NCBI GenBank assembly: GCA_963741955.1 | Contig: CAVUKB010000006.1 | Span: 320,001 to 384,000 of the forward strand | DNA: 64,000 nucleotides | Direction: 5' to 3' | Origin: an uncultured Acidobacteriota bacterium | GTDB lineage: Bacteria > Acidobacteriota > Thermoanaerobaculia > Gp7-AA8 | In this document: positions 40,864 to 50,295 of the stretch, one piece after another | How positions within the stretch are numbered: the stretch's first letter is position 1 | Layout: each line of letters opens with the position of its first letter | Notes under the pieces: generated by a model | Databases searched by the model: none | What the model was told of the DNA's origin: nothing | What the model saw: the letters and a program-made list of their open reading frames with translations, nothing else | Position numbers and translations under genes: made by a program

Positions 40864-40954
40864 GACTCATCGTCAGACTCGCGCATGATTCGGCCGGCGG
40901 CGCGTGTACCCGGCAGCCGGAGCTGACGGTTCGATGCGGCCGAGGATCGATGCG

Positions 40955-41662
40955 ATGAACACCATTGCCCTGGTCGACGATGAAGAGACGATCCGAGAGA
41001 GCGTCGGCTACGCACTGCGACGCGACGGCTACGAAGTGAATCTGTATCCGGATGGCGCGGCGGCGTGGTCCGATTTCCAGACCAGGCTCCCCGATCTCGT
41101 GATCCTCGACATCATCATGCCCCGTATGGACGGACTGGAGCTCTGTCGCAAGCTTCGCGCGGCATCCGAGACGCTTCCGATCATTTTTCTCACCTCGCGC
41201 GACGAGGAGCTCGACCGCGTCCTCGGGCTCGAGCTCGGCGCGGACGACTACCTCTGCAAGCCGTTCTCGACCCGAGAGCTGGTCGCACGAGTGAAGGTGC
41301 TCTTCCGTCGCGCGGGACTTCGCGATTCGAAGCCCGGCGCCGGCGACGAGCCGCCGCTCAAGGCCGGCCGACTCGAGCTCGACATGCAGCGGTACCTCGT
41401 GACGTGGAACGGACGACCGGTCGACCTCACCGTCACGGAGTTCATGATGCTTCGCGCGCTCGTTCGTCACCCGGGTCACGTCAAGACGCGGGAGCAGCTC
41501 ACCCGCGAAGGCTACCCCCACGACAATTACGTCTCGGATCGAACCGTCGACAGCCACATCAAACGGATCCGCCGGAAGTTCGTCGAAACCGACCCCGCGT
41601 TCGACGGAATCGAGACCGTGTACGGGCTCGGGTACCGCTACCGGGCCGACGAGCGGAGCTGA
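40955..41662 (+). CDS. OmpR-family response regulator (ChvI/PdsR-like)
   Basis: IALVDDE, LPDLVILD, GADDYLCKPF, DRTVDSHIKRIRRKF, IETVYGLGYR. Confidence 0.93.
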   Translation: MNTIALVDDEETIRESVGYALRRDGYEVNLYPDGAAAWSDFQTRLPDLVILDIIMPRMDGLELCRKLRAASETLPIIFLTSRDEELDRVLGLELGADDYLCKPFSTRELVARVKVLFRRAGLRDSKPGAGDEPPLKAGRLELDMQRYLVTWNGRPVDLTVTEFMMLRALVRHPGHVKTREQLTREGYPHDNYVSDRTVDSHIKRIRRKFVETDPAFDGIETVYGLGYRYRADERS

Positions 41663-41666
41663 TCGC

Positions 41667-43229
41667 GTGCAGCGCTGGATCCGCCTCTTCTCCCGCATCT
41701 CGCTCCGCCTTCTGGCGTTCAATCTCCTCCTCGTCTTTCTCCCGCTCGCCGCGCTTCTTTTCCTCCAGGTCTACGAACAGCGTCTCGAGGACGCGGAGCA
41801 GCGGGCGATGCTCCGCGAGAGTCAGTTCCTCGCTGCGGAGCTGAGCGAGCAGCCGTCGCTTTACGGCGTTCACGCGCAGAGAATTCTCGAGGCCCTGAAG
41901 CTGGAGGACATGCGCGTCAGGGTGGTCGACCGGGACGGTTTCGTCCTCGCGGACAACGGCTTGAACTGGAGACACGAGGCGGCGCAGGAGGGACGGAGCG
42001 AAGCTCGAAGGAACTGGCTCTACCGCGCGGCGACGTTCGTATTCCGTTGGCCGGCCCAGTTCTTCAGACCACCGGAGCAGCCGCTTCCTTCCGCCGACTT
42101 CTATGAGTCCGCACGTCGTCTCACCGGTGTCGAGATCCAGGCCGCGCTCGGCGGGAAGAAAGGTTTCACCAAGAGGACCTCGCCCGGAGGAGAGCGTTCG
42201 GTCACCCTCTACGCCGCGACGCCGATCCGGCAGGATGGACGCGTCACGGGCGCAGTCCTGGTCGAGCAGTCGACGTATCCGATTCTGCAGGACATCTACG
42301 AAGTGCGGCTCGGAGTGCTGCGCATCTTCCTCGCGTCGCTTGCGCTCGCGGTGGTTCTCACTCTTCTCATCGCGACCACGATCGTCCGGCCCCTGCACCG
42401 GCTGCGTCTCGAAGCGAATGCGATCCTCGATCCGCGTGGCCGGCTCAGGGGACGCTTCCGCGGATCGAAGAAGCTCGACGAGATCGGCGATCTCTCCCGC
42501 GCCCTGGAGCGTCTTACCCGCCGGCTCGACAGCCATCAGGAGTTCATCGAGTCGTTCGCGGCGGACGTCTCGCACGAGTTCCGCAATCCTCTCGCCTCGA
42601 TCCGAACCGCGACGGAGACGCTCGCGCAGCTCGATGATCCCGCCGAGCGCCGACGGTTCCTCGACATGGTCGAGCGTGACATCGCACGTATGGAGCACCT
42701 TCTCTCCGCCGTGCGCCGTGTGACGCAGATCGACGCGACGCTCGCGAGCGAAGAGCGCTCGGCGGTCGACCTCGGCGAGCTCCTCTCGCATCTGACAGAT
42801 GGATTCAGGATGCGCTCCCTCCGGAGTGTGGCCCTCGAGCTGGAACTGCCCGAGCGACCCGTGGTCGTCGAGACAGCGGAGGATAGGCTGGCCGAGGTCT
42901 TCGACAATCTTCTCGACAACGCCGAGAGTTTTTCACCTCCCGGAACTGCGGTCCGGGTGACACTCTCATCCGGAGAGGGCGAGGCGGAAGTCCGTGTCGC
43001 CGACCGCGGTCCCGGATTCCCGGAAGGCCATCTCTCCCGCGTCTTCGACCGCTTCTTCAGCTACCGTCCCGACCATCCACCCGGGGATCACCACAGCGGA
43101 CTCGGCCTCGCGATCGTCAAGGCGATTGTGGAAGGATACGAAGGCTCGGTCGAAGCGCGAAACCGGGAGGGCGGTGGAGCGGAGCTGGTGGTACGGTTGC
43201 CACTCGCCGGACGCGATACTTCCCGCTGA
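41667..43229 (+). CDS. Membrane sensor histidine kinase (ChvG/PdsS-like)
   Basis: Two TM segments, HAMP (DEIGDLSRAL), DVSHEFRNPL, NLLDNA, DRGPG, GLGLAIV. Confidence 0.93.
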   Translation: MQRWIRLFSRISLRLLAFNLLLVFLPLAALLFLQVYEQRLEDAEQRAMLRESQFLAAELSEQPSLYGVHAQRILEALKLEDMRVRVVDRDGFVLADNGLNWRHEAAQEGRSEARRNWLYRAATFVFRWPAQFFRPPEQPLPSADFYESARRLTGVEIQAALGGKKGFTKRTSPGGERSVTLYAATPIRQDGRVTGAVLVEQSTYPILQDIYEVRLGVLRIFLASLALAVVLTLLIATTIVRPLHRLRLEANAILDPRGRLRGRFRGSKKLDEIGDLSRALERLTRRLDSHQEFIESFAADVSHEFRNPLASIRTATETLAQLDDPAERRRFLDMVERDIARMEHLLSAVRRVTQIDATLASEERSAVDLGELLSHLTDGFRMRSLRSVALELELPERPVVVETAEDRLAEVFDNLLDNAESFSPPGTAVRVTLSSGEGEAEVRVADRGPGFPEGHLSRVFDRFFSYRPDHPPGDHHSGLGLAIVKAIVEGYEGSVEARNREGGGAELVVRLPLAGRDTSR

Positions 43230-43292
43230 CCCCGTCTGGTCGATTTCGTGCAATGCTAGTCACCACCAGCAGAGAGGGAGAGGAGAGCTTCA

Positions 43293-45083
43293 TTGGGACG
43301 CGAGGATTCGGAAGGAGACGTTGAACGCTCGGGCGCGATTCCGATCGAACCGCGCGACCGAAGGATCGAGGAGCGAAGACAGAACACAGTTCGCGTCTTC
43401 ACCGGATCGATCCTCGTCATCGGGATCCTCTACGTCGCACGCCAGGTGTTCATCCCGGTGGCGCTCGCGGTGCTGTTCGCGTTCCTGCTGCGACCGGTGG
43501 TGCGGGTTCTGGAGCGATCGTTTCTTCGCCAGACCGGCGCGATCGTCGTTTCCATCGCTCTCGCGGTGGGTCTCCTTTCGGTCGCGGCCTGGACGCTCTC
43601 GCTGCAGGTCAACTCCCTCGCACGCGAAGTGGCGGCCTACAGTGGAAACCTCGAGCAGAAACTGAAGGTCTTCCATGCGAGCTCGGGAGGATCCCTCGCC
43701 ATCGTCGAGCGGACGCTCCAGCGCCTGGCCGAGACTGCGGAGCCTCAGGAGAAGCCGGATTTCCGGGTGAAGGTGATCCCGGAGCGGAAGACGATCGCAG
43801 ATCGCTACCGCGCCGTTGCGCCCTCTTTCGAGCTCCTCGCGTCTGCCTTCCTCGTCATCGTGCTCGTCTTTTTTCTTCTGTCGGAGCGTGAGCGGTTGAG
43901 AGACCGGCTCCTGCGGCTCGCCGGCCGGGCGCATCTGACCGTGACCACTCAGGCGATCGGAGAAGCGACCTATCGCATCAGCCGCTATCTCTTCACCCTC
44001 GCCTTTCTGAACTTCCTTTTCGGGACGGCGATCTTCGCGGGGCTCTTCCTCTTCGGTGTCCCGCACTCGCTTCTGTGGGGAGTTCTCGCCGGGTTGCTGC
44101 GCTTCATTCCTTACATTGGCGCAGTACTCGCCGCAGCGTTTCCCACCATTCTTTCTCTGGCAGTCTTCCCGAACTGGTACGTACCGGTTGCGGTGATCGC
44201 CCTCTTCGGAGTGACCGACCAGATCCTCGCCGGGTTCGTCGAGCCGCTCGTGATCGGGCATCGCACCGGAGTTTCACCGACGGCGTTGCTGATCTCGACG
44301 ATCTTCTGGGGCTGGCTGTGGGGACCGGTGGGCCTTCTCCTCTCGGTTCCGATCACCGTCTGCCTGACCGTGATCGGCGAATTCATTCCGGCGTTCAGCG
44401 TCTTCTCGGTTCTCTTCGCAACCGAGGCGCCACTGGAAGACTACCTCGGCTTTTACAACCGTCTGATCAGCCGCGACCGGATCGCCACGGCGACGTTCGT
44501 CGACCGGTTTGCAGAGGAAGAGGGGATGCAGGAGGCGTTCGTGCAGCTCTTCATCCCGACACTGGAGTTCGCGGCGGAAGAGCTCTCGCGCGAGCGGATC
44601 ACGAAGGCACAGGACCACTTCATCAAGGACATCATCCGTGAGCTGATCATCCGGCTCGGCGATCGGAACGCGCACGTTCTCCCGGGCGCGCCGCGCATGG
44701 TGGCGTTCTCGGTCGGCGGCGAGCGGATCTCGCTCGGGACGATGATGCTCGCGCAGCTGCTGCGGAGCGACGGCTATGGATTCGACTTCTTCACCGACCT
44801 GGAAGAAGAGGAGGTGATCGCGTTCGTCCACGAGGCCGCTCCGCTCGCGGTGTTCGTCACCTGCTCGCACCCCTCCCGTCTTCAGGAAGGATGCGGCCTG
44901 GTTCATCTGCTGCGTCAGGCTGAGCCGGAGACCCTCATCGTGGCCGCCGGATCCGCATTCGGCAAACGACGCGACCGCACGCTCGAGACCGGAGCAGATT
45001 TCGTGATCGGATCGCTGGTCGAGGCAAAGCAGGAGATTCTGGCGCGGATCGCGACGAAGGGGCGGACGAAGATCCTGGCGTAG
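43293..45083 (+). CDS. AI-2E family transporter with C-terminal B12-binding-like Rossmann domain
   Basis: LRFIPYIG, EPLVIGHRTGVSP, WGWLWGPVGLLLSVP; soluble C-terminal extension. Confidence 0.88.
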   Translation: MGREDSEGDVERSGAIPIEPRDRRIEERRQNTVRVFTGSILVIGILYVARQVFIPVALAVLFAFLLRPVVRVLERSFLRQTGAIVVSIALAVGLLSVAAWTLSLQVNSLAREVAAYSGNLEQKLKVFHASSGGSLAIVERTLQRLAETAEPQEKPDFRVKVIPERKTIADRYRAVAPSFELLASAFLVIVLVFFLLSERERLRDRLLRLAGRAHLTVTTQAIGEATYRISRYLFTLAFLNFLFGTAIFAGLFLFGVPHSLLWGVLAGLLRFIPYIGAVLAAAFPTILSLAVFPNWYVPVAVIALFGVTDQILAGFVEPLVIGHRTGVSPTALLISTIFWGWLWGPVGLLLSVPITVCLTVIGEFIPAFSVFSVLFATEAPLEDYLGFYNRLISRDRIATATFVDRFAEEEGMQEAFVQLFIPTLEFAAEELSRERITKAQDHFIKDIIRELIIRLGDRNAHVLPGAPRMVAFSVGGERISLGTMMLAQLLRSDGYGFDFFTDLEEEEVIAFVHEAAPLAVFVTCSHPSRLQEGCGLVHLLRQAEPETLIVAAGSAFGKRRDRTLETGADFVIGSLVEAKQEILARIATKGRTKILA

Positions 45084-45102
45084 GGGCGCACGGGCCGCCG
45101 CA

Positions 45103-45294
45103 CTTTCCAGCTCTACACATGCAGGCGCAGTCGGAGACGTGGCCGTGCGCAGACCCTCTGAACTCTTTTCCCCAGCTCGATGCCTCCGGAAATCTCTGCA
45201 TGCGTCCGCACATCATGCGCGGAACGACCGTATCGGACGTCGACGCCATTGGGGCTGAGTGCCGGCCCGTCTCCAGGCTGGAGCGCGTGGGAAG
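45103..45294. ncRNA. Candidate rod-like structured RNA (6S-like size), unconfirmed
   Basis: Long-range complementarity seen by eye: GGAGACG/CGTCTCC, GGCCG/CGGCC, CTTTCCA/TGGGAAG; inner TCCGCACAT/ATGCGCGGA hairpin. Confidence 0.35.
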
Positions 45295-45296
45295 CC

Positions 45297-45650
45297 TCAC
45301 CCCGGAGGCCACGAGAACGGCCGCCCGCCGAGCAGGTGCGCGTGGATGTGAAACACGCTCTGTCCCGCTCCGGGGCCGTTGTTGATCACCACGCGGTAAC
45401 CTTCGGAGGGGAGCCCGAGGTCACGGGCGATCGCGGAGGCGCGGTAGATCACCCTTCCCATCATCTCGTTGTCTTCCGGTCCGAGGTCATCGAGGCTGGG
45501 GACGTGACGGCGCGGAATCACCAGCACGTGCGTCGGCGCCTTCGGGTCGATGTCCTCGAACGCGAGGACATCGGAATCCTCGTAAACCTTGCGTGAAGGG
45601 ATGTCACCGCTCGCGATGCGGCAGAAGAGGCATCGATCGGTTTCCGACAT
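45297..45650 (-). CDS. Histidine triad (HIT) nucleotide-binding protein
   Basis: CLFCRI, AFEDIDPKAPTHVLVIP, GQSVFHIHAHLLGG. Confidence 0.95.
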   Translation of the reverse strand: MSETDRCLFCRIASGDIPSRKVYEDSDVLAFEDIDPKAPTHVLVIPRRHVPSLDDLGPEDNEMMGRVIYRASAIARDLGLPSEGYRVVINNGPGAGQSVFHIHAHLLGGRPFSWPPG

Positions 45651-45681
45651 GGATCTCCTCCGTTCGATCGAAGTTCCGCGA

Positions 45682-46521
45682 TCAGTCCGACTGCGGTTCG
45701 ACCAGTGATGATACGACGATGCGCGGGATGCCGGCGAGGTCGTCGAGGATCGTGTCGATACGCCAGCCGCAGTTCTCGGCGAGCCGCTGCACCGCCGCAG
45801 CCTGATCGAAGCCGATCTCCATGATCAGAAAACCGCCGGGGCGGAGGTGCTCCTTCGAGTCGGAGAAGAGGCTCTCGATCACCTGCAGTCCGTTCCCTCC
45901 CGGAGTGAGCGCCACTCGCGGCTCGTGATCCCGCACTTCGCGCTGCAGGCTCTCGATCGCCTCGGCGTTGACGTACGGAGGGTTCGACACGATGAGCTCG
46001 AACCGTCCGCGGATCGAGGCGAGGACGTCCGAAGCGACGAAGCGCGTGGTCGTGCCGATGCGCGACGCGTTCCGGCGAGCCATCGCGAGCGCGCCGACGG
46101 AAACATCGGAGGCGAATGTGATCAGGTCCGCGCGCTCGGCCGCGAGCGTCAACGCGATCTCCCCACTCCCCGTTCCGACGTCGAGAACCCGTGCCCCGGC
46201 CGGGGCGCGATCGAGCGCCGCTTCGACGAGGATCTCCGTCTCCGGGCGCGGGATCAGGACCCGCGGGTCGACCAGGAACTCCCGGCCGAAGAATTCGCAC
46301 CGTCCGCGGATGTACTGCAGCGGCTCGCCGTCGAAGCGTCGCTCGATCCATCCGGTGAATCGTCGAAGAGCTTCGTTCTCGATCGTCTCCTCGTCGTGCG
46401 AAACGAGATGGACGAGGCTGACCTCGAGGGCATCGCCGAGGAGGAGGTCGACGTCACGGGGACTGACGCCTTCGCGGAGCGCTTCCCGGCGGTAACGCTG
46501 GCGGAGTTCACGGATGTTCAC
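45682..46521 (-). CDS. prmC: Release factor glutamine methyltransferase
   Basis: EPLQYI, VLIPRPETE, DVGTGSG, SNPPY; GTG 46521 overlaps the upstream stop (GTGA). Confidence 0.95.
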   Translation of the reverse strand: MNIRELRQRYRREALREGVSPRDVDLLLGDALEVSLVHLVSHDEETIENEALRRFTGWIERRFDGEPLQYIRGRCEFFGREFLVDPRVLIPRPETEILVEAALDRAPAGARVLDVGTGSGEIALTLAAERADLITFASDVSVGALAMARRNASRIGTTTRFVASDVLASIRGRFELIVSNPPYVNAEAIESLQREVRDHEPRVALTPGGNGLQVIESLFSDSKEHLRPGGFLIMEIGFDQAAAVQRLAENCGWRIDTILDDLAGIPRIVVSSLVEPQSD

Positions 46522-47255
46522 GACGCCGTCTCTTCCGGATACGTGATCTGGAGGAAGACGTCTTCGAGAGGACTTCCCGGACGCCCCGCCTTCGTCTTCA
46601 GCTCGCCCGGACTGCCGGTCGCCACGATCCTTCCGCGATGGATGATCGCGAGACGATCGCAGACCGCTTCCGCGACCGAGAGGGTGTGCGTAGTGAGAAA
46701 GATCGTCCTCCCTTCGGAGGCGAGAGTCCGCAAGAGCTTTTTCACCTGATTCTGCGCGAACGTGTCGAGGCCGACCATCGGCTCGTCGATGATGACGACG
46801 CTCGGATCGTGCACCAGAGCCGCGGTGAGGACGAGCTTCTGCTTCATCCCGTGGGAGTAATTCTCGATCCTCGCTGGAGCCCACTCGGTGAGATCGAGGT
46901 AGTCGAGCAGTCGCGATGCGCGCGCCTGCGCCGCATTCCATTCCGCGGAATAGAGGTCGGCCACGAAGCGGAGAAGCTCCCATCCGGTGAGCTTCTCGTA
47001 GAGGAACGGGCGGTCGGGAACGAATCCTGTGATCGCCTTCGCTTTCTCCGGTTCGCTGACGACGTCGATTCCCCCCACCAGGGCCACTCCGGCGGTCGGA
47101 AGCGACAGGCCGGCCAGGATCCGGATGGTGGTGGTCTTCCCGGCCCCGTTCGGTCCGAGAAAACCGAAGACTTCGCCCCGAGCGGCCTCGAGCGAGATCG
47201 AGTCGACCGCGGTGAAGTTACCGTACCTCTTGGTCAGTGACTGCAGTTCGATCAT
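46518..47255 (-). CDS. ABC transporter ATP-binding protein (ABC-2 type)
   Basis: GPNGAGKTT, YSHGMKQK, IIDEP, TTH. Confidence 0.95.
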   Translation of the reverse strand: MIELQSLTKRYGNFTAVDSISLEAARGEVFGFLGPNGAGKTTTIRILAGLSLPTAGVALVGGIDVVSEPEKAKAITGFVPDRPFLYEKLTGWELLRFVADLYSAEWNAAQARASRLLDYLDLTEWAPARIENYSHGMKQKLVLTAALVHDPSVVIIDEPMVGLDTFAQNQVKKLLRTLASEGRTIFLTTHTLSVAEAVCDRLAIIHRGRIVATGSPGELKTKAGRPGSPLEDVFLQITYPEETAS

Positions 47256-47297
47256 CGGCGGCGCGGCGGGCCCGGCGGGCCCCTGCTATCATCGCAC

Positions 47298-47323
47298 GGA
47301 AACTTTCGATGCGCGGAGCCGTA
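47298..47323 (+). promoter_or_regulatory. ECF (SigW-type) promoter GGAAAC-N16-CGTA
   Basis: Exact spacing of the SigW consensus (TGAAAC-N16-CGTA), 8 nt before the sigma gene ATG. Confidence 0.75.
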
Positions 47324-47331
47324 CGAAGCTG

Positions 47332-47925
47332 ATGGAAACAGAGGAGGTGGTGGACGATCGTACGCTGGTGGCCCGGATTCTCGCCGGCGACCGGGACGGG
47401 TTCTCCGAACTGGTCCGGCGCTACGAGAAGAGGATCATCAACTACGTCTACCGCATCACGCGCCGTTACGAAGACGCGTGCGACCTGACTCAGGAAATTT
47501 TCGTGAAGGTGTACATGGCGCTCGACCGATACGATCCGAAGTACCAGTTCTCGACCTGGATCTTCCGGATCGCACAGAACAGCGCCATCGACACGTTGCG
47601 CAAGAAGGGGATTCAGGAAGTCTCGCTCACGCGCCCGCCGGGCGAAGAGGAAGAGAGGGGAGGAAAAGAGAGAGAATTCCCCGACGAGGGAGTCTCGCCG
47701 TTGCGCGATCTGCACAACCGCGAGCTCGGAGGCGCGATCGAGCGAGCCATCGACGGGCTCCCGGAAGACTACCGGGAACTGATCCAGCTCCGGCATTTCG
47801 GCGAGTTGTCGTATGAAGAGATCGCGGAGATGAAGCGGCTCCCGCTGGGAACGGTGAAGAACAAGCTCTTTCGTGCACGGAATCTGCTGAAGGACGAGCT
47901 CGGAGAATTTCTGGAACCGGTATGA
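47332..47925 (+). CDS. ECF RNA polymerase sigma factor
   Basis: DLTQEIFVKVY, FSTWIFRIAQN, LSYEEIAE...GTVKNKLFRAR. Confidence 0.95.
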   Translation: METEEVVDDRTLVARILAGDRDGFSELVRRYEKRIINYVYRITRRYEDACDLTQEIFVKVYMALDRYDPKYQFSTWIFRIAQNSAIDTLRKKGIQEVSLTRPPGEEEERGGKEREFPDEGVSPLRDLHNRELGGAIERAIDGLPEDYRELIQLRHFGELSYEEIAEMKRLPLGTVKNKLFRARNLLKDELGEFLEPV

Positions 47926-48419
47926 AGAACGAGCGCTGCAAGGAGTTCATGAACGACCCCGAGAGGTGGAGCACACACCTGGAGGAGTGCGACGCCTGTC
48001 GTGCGGAGTTCGAGGCGTTCGAGCGGGGTGAAGACGCGCTGCCGGGCACGACGATCATCGACACCGATGGGATGCCGGTCGAACGAATCACCGGAAGCCT
48101 TCCGGTGGCTCCGTGGGAAGGTGCAGGACACCGGCCGTGGGCGCTGGTGGTCGTGGGCGCCGGCCTGATCCTGATCGTCGCGGCCGCTCTCTTCGCGTTC
48201 GCCGGAATCTCGCCGCTCACCGGATTCGCCACCGCCTTCCGCAGCTCGGCTCTTCCTCTTCCGGAGATCTTCCGGATCGCGAGCTCGATCGCGGAGCTCG
48301 TGAGGAGCGCTCCGGGAGCGGTACAGGTCGGGTTGCTGGTGGCGTTCGTCGTCGTCAACGCACTGCTGTTCGCGCTTCTCCGGCGCGCACCACGGGGGGC
48401 CGATGCGACAAATCGGTAA
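47922..48419 (+). CDS. Zinc-binding anti-sigma factor with TM helices
   Basis: HLEECDACR (HxxxCxxC); ATGA overlap with the sigma gene. Confidence 0.8.
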   Translation: MKNERCKEFMNDPERWSTHLEECDACRAEFEAFERGEDALPGTTIIDTDGMPVERITGSLPVAPWEGAGHRPWALVVVGAGLILIVAAALFAFAGISPLTGFATAFRSSALPLPEIFRIASSIAELVRSAPGAVQVGLLVAFVVVNALLFALLRRAPRGADATNR

Positions 48420-49374
48420 AGCGGTTCTGCCGGTCGTGGTTCTCCTCTCCGCGATCGTTCTCGCCCTGGCAGTGATTCCGTCGGCCAGTGGACGCGACCG
48501 CGCGGCGGTCGGTGGCAGCATGACCTCCGGATCGGGCGATCTGGTCGGCTTCGACGAAGACATGCACGTCACGCAGAACGTCGCCGGCTCGGTGATCGTC
48601 TTCGCCGGGACCGCCATGATCGACGCTGTAGTGAGCGGCGACGTGGTGGTACTGGGTGGAGACGTCTCACTCGGAGAGAGCGCGCACGTTCGCGGTGACC
48701 TGGTCTGCCTCGGCGGGGAGATCCACGGTCTCGAAGCAGGACGCGTCGCGGGTGACGTGGTCGCGCCGGGACGGCTCCTGCACATCGCCCGCGGGCAATC
48801 CGAAGATGCCGTTCTGCTGCGGCACGGAAGCCCGTTCCTCACCGTGCTGAAGATCGCGCTCGAGCTCTCGATGCTCTTCCTCTGGCTGATCGCGGCAGTG
48901 GTCATCACCCTTTTCTGGGGGCGGTCGGTGCGTTCGTCCGCGGTCGAGTTGAAGGCGAGTCCGTTCCACGTCGTGACCCTCGGGCTGGTCGCACTCACCA
49001 GCTTCATTCTCACCGCTCTTCTCTTCAGCGTTCTGATCCCCTTCTTCGTCGGGATTCCGCTCCTTCTCGCCCTCGCGCTCTTCGCCATCGCGCTCAAGAT
49101 CTATGGAATGGTCGCGGTCTTTCATTTCGTGGGCGGTCTGGTGGCCGGTCCGCGCACGCACGAAGAGGCAGGAGCGCGCCGCCACCTCCGCGGCGATCTC
49201 GCGATGGTCCTGGTGGGACTGCTGATTCTCGGAGCGATCCGCCTGATCCCGGTGGTCGGGCCTGCCATCTGGATGGCGGCTTCGGTGTTCGGCGTCGGGG
49301 TGGCTCTCGCTACCGGGTTCGGCCAGCGCGAGCCCTGGTTCCTCACGTGGCAGACGAAGACATCTGAGATCTAG
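48403..49374 (+). CDS. Membrane protein with beta-helix (bactofilin-like) N-terminal region
   Basis: Repeated V.GDVV..GG motifs followed by several TM helices. Confidence 0.75.
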   Translation: MRQIGKAVLPVVVLLSAIVLALAVIPSASGRDRAAVGGSMTSGSGDLVGFDEDMHVTQNVAGSVIVFAGTAMIDAVVSGDVVVLGGDVSLGESAHVRGDLVCLGGEIHGLEAGRVAGDVVAPGRLLHIARGQSEDAVLLRHGSPFLTVLKIALELSMLFLWLIAAVVITLFWGRSVRSSAVELKASPFHVVTLGLVALTSFILTALLFSVLIPFFVGIPLLLALALFAIALKIYGMVAVFHFVGGLVAGPRTHEEAGARRHLRGDLAMVLVGLLILGAIRLIPVVGPAIWMAASVFGVGVALATGFGQREPWFLTWQTKTSEI

Positions 49375-49510
49375 TATCTGTTATCTGTTATCTGTTATCT
49401 GTTATCTGTATCTATAACTGCGCATATTAATCCAAACAAGTTATAGCAAATATATGAGCCACAGATAATAGATAATAGATAATAGATAATAGATAATAGA
49501 TAATAGATGA
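49374..49510. repeat. AT-rich inverted heptamer arrays (TTATCTG)n ... (TAGATAA)n
   Basis: About 5 copies at 49374-49408 and 7 copies at 49462-49510, between convergent genes. Confidence 0.95.
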
Positions 49511-49511
49511 T

Positions 49512-50255
49512 TCAGACCTCCCAGCGGCCGTCGCTTCCCCGGGTGTGCTGCAGTCCCAGACGGTCTTCGATGCGACGGGCGAGTGAGAGAAGAAGCGACG
49601 CTTCCCGCATGGTCAGCATGGCGCGTCCTTCGATCGCCTTCAACTCCGCACAGACCCGGGTCCGGTTCCGCTCGTGGAAGAAGCCCGCCTCCTCCATCAC
49701 GTGACCGGCATGGAGATCGAGATGCTGCAGAAGCTCGATCGCGGCAAGCTCCGACCGCTTGACCGGCGCCTTCTCGAACTCCTTCGACAGCTCGTAACAG
49801 AAAAGCGCGACGGACTGCGCGAGATTCATGGTCGGAAACGAAGGGTCGGTGCGGATCGATGCGGTCCGCTGGCATTTCGCGATCTCGCCTGCACTCAGGC
49901 CCCGCTCCTCCCGCCCGAAGACGATCGCAACCCGCTGATCTTCGGTGAGAGATTCGCGGGCCAGCTGCGCGGCGGCGGCAGGAGTGAGGTGCTCGCGTAC
50001 CCGCCGTTCCTTCACTGCAGTCGTGGCGATCGAGAGGTGACAACCGGCGAGCGCCTCATTCAGCTCAGGCGTCCGCTGCGCGGAATTCACGAGATCCTCG
50101 GCTCCTCGCGCCCACCATTCCGAGACCTGGTCGATCCGTTGGGGACGTGTTCCGACGATCCACAGATCGTGGATCCCGAAATTCTTCATCGCGCGCGCGG
50201 CCGCGCCGAGGTTGCCTGCTTCGTGAGGCTCGACGAGTACGATTCGAACTTTCAT
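49512..50255 (-). CDS. TrmJ/LasT-family RNA methyltransferase (SPOUT)
   Basis: [37 protein letters not shown]. Confidence 0.92.
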   Translation of the reverse strand: MKVRIVLVEPHEAGNLGAAARAMKNFGIHDLWIVGTRPQRIDQVSEWWARGAEDLVNSAQRTPELNEALAGCHLSIATTAVKERRVREHLTPAAAAQLARESLTEDQRVAIVFGREERGLSAGEIAKCQRTASIRTDPSFPTMNLAQSVALFCYELSKEFEKAPVKRSELAAIELLQHLDLHAGHVMEEAGFFHERNRTRVCAELKAIEGRAMLTMREASLLLSLARRIEDRLGLQHTRGSDGRWEV

Positions 50256-50295
50256 CACCGGTGAGAATAGCAGGAGCGCGTGCTACCCTTCCGCA

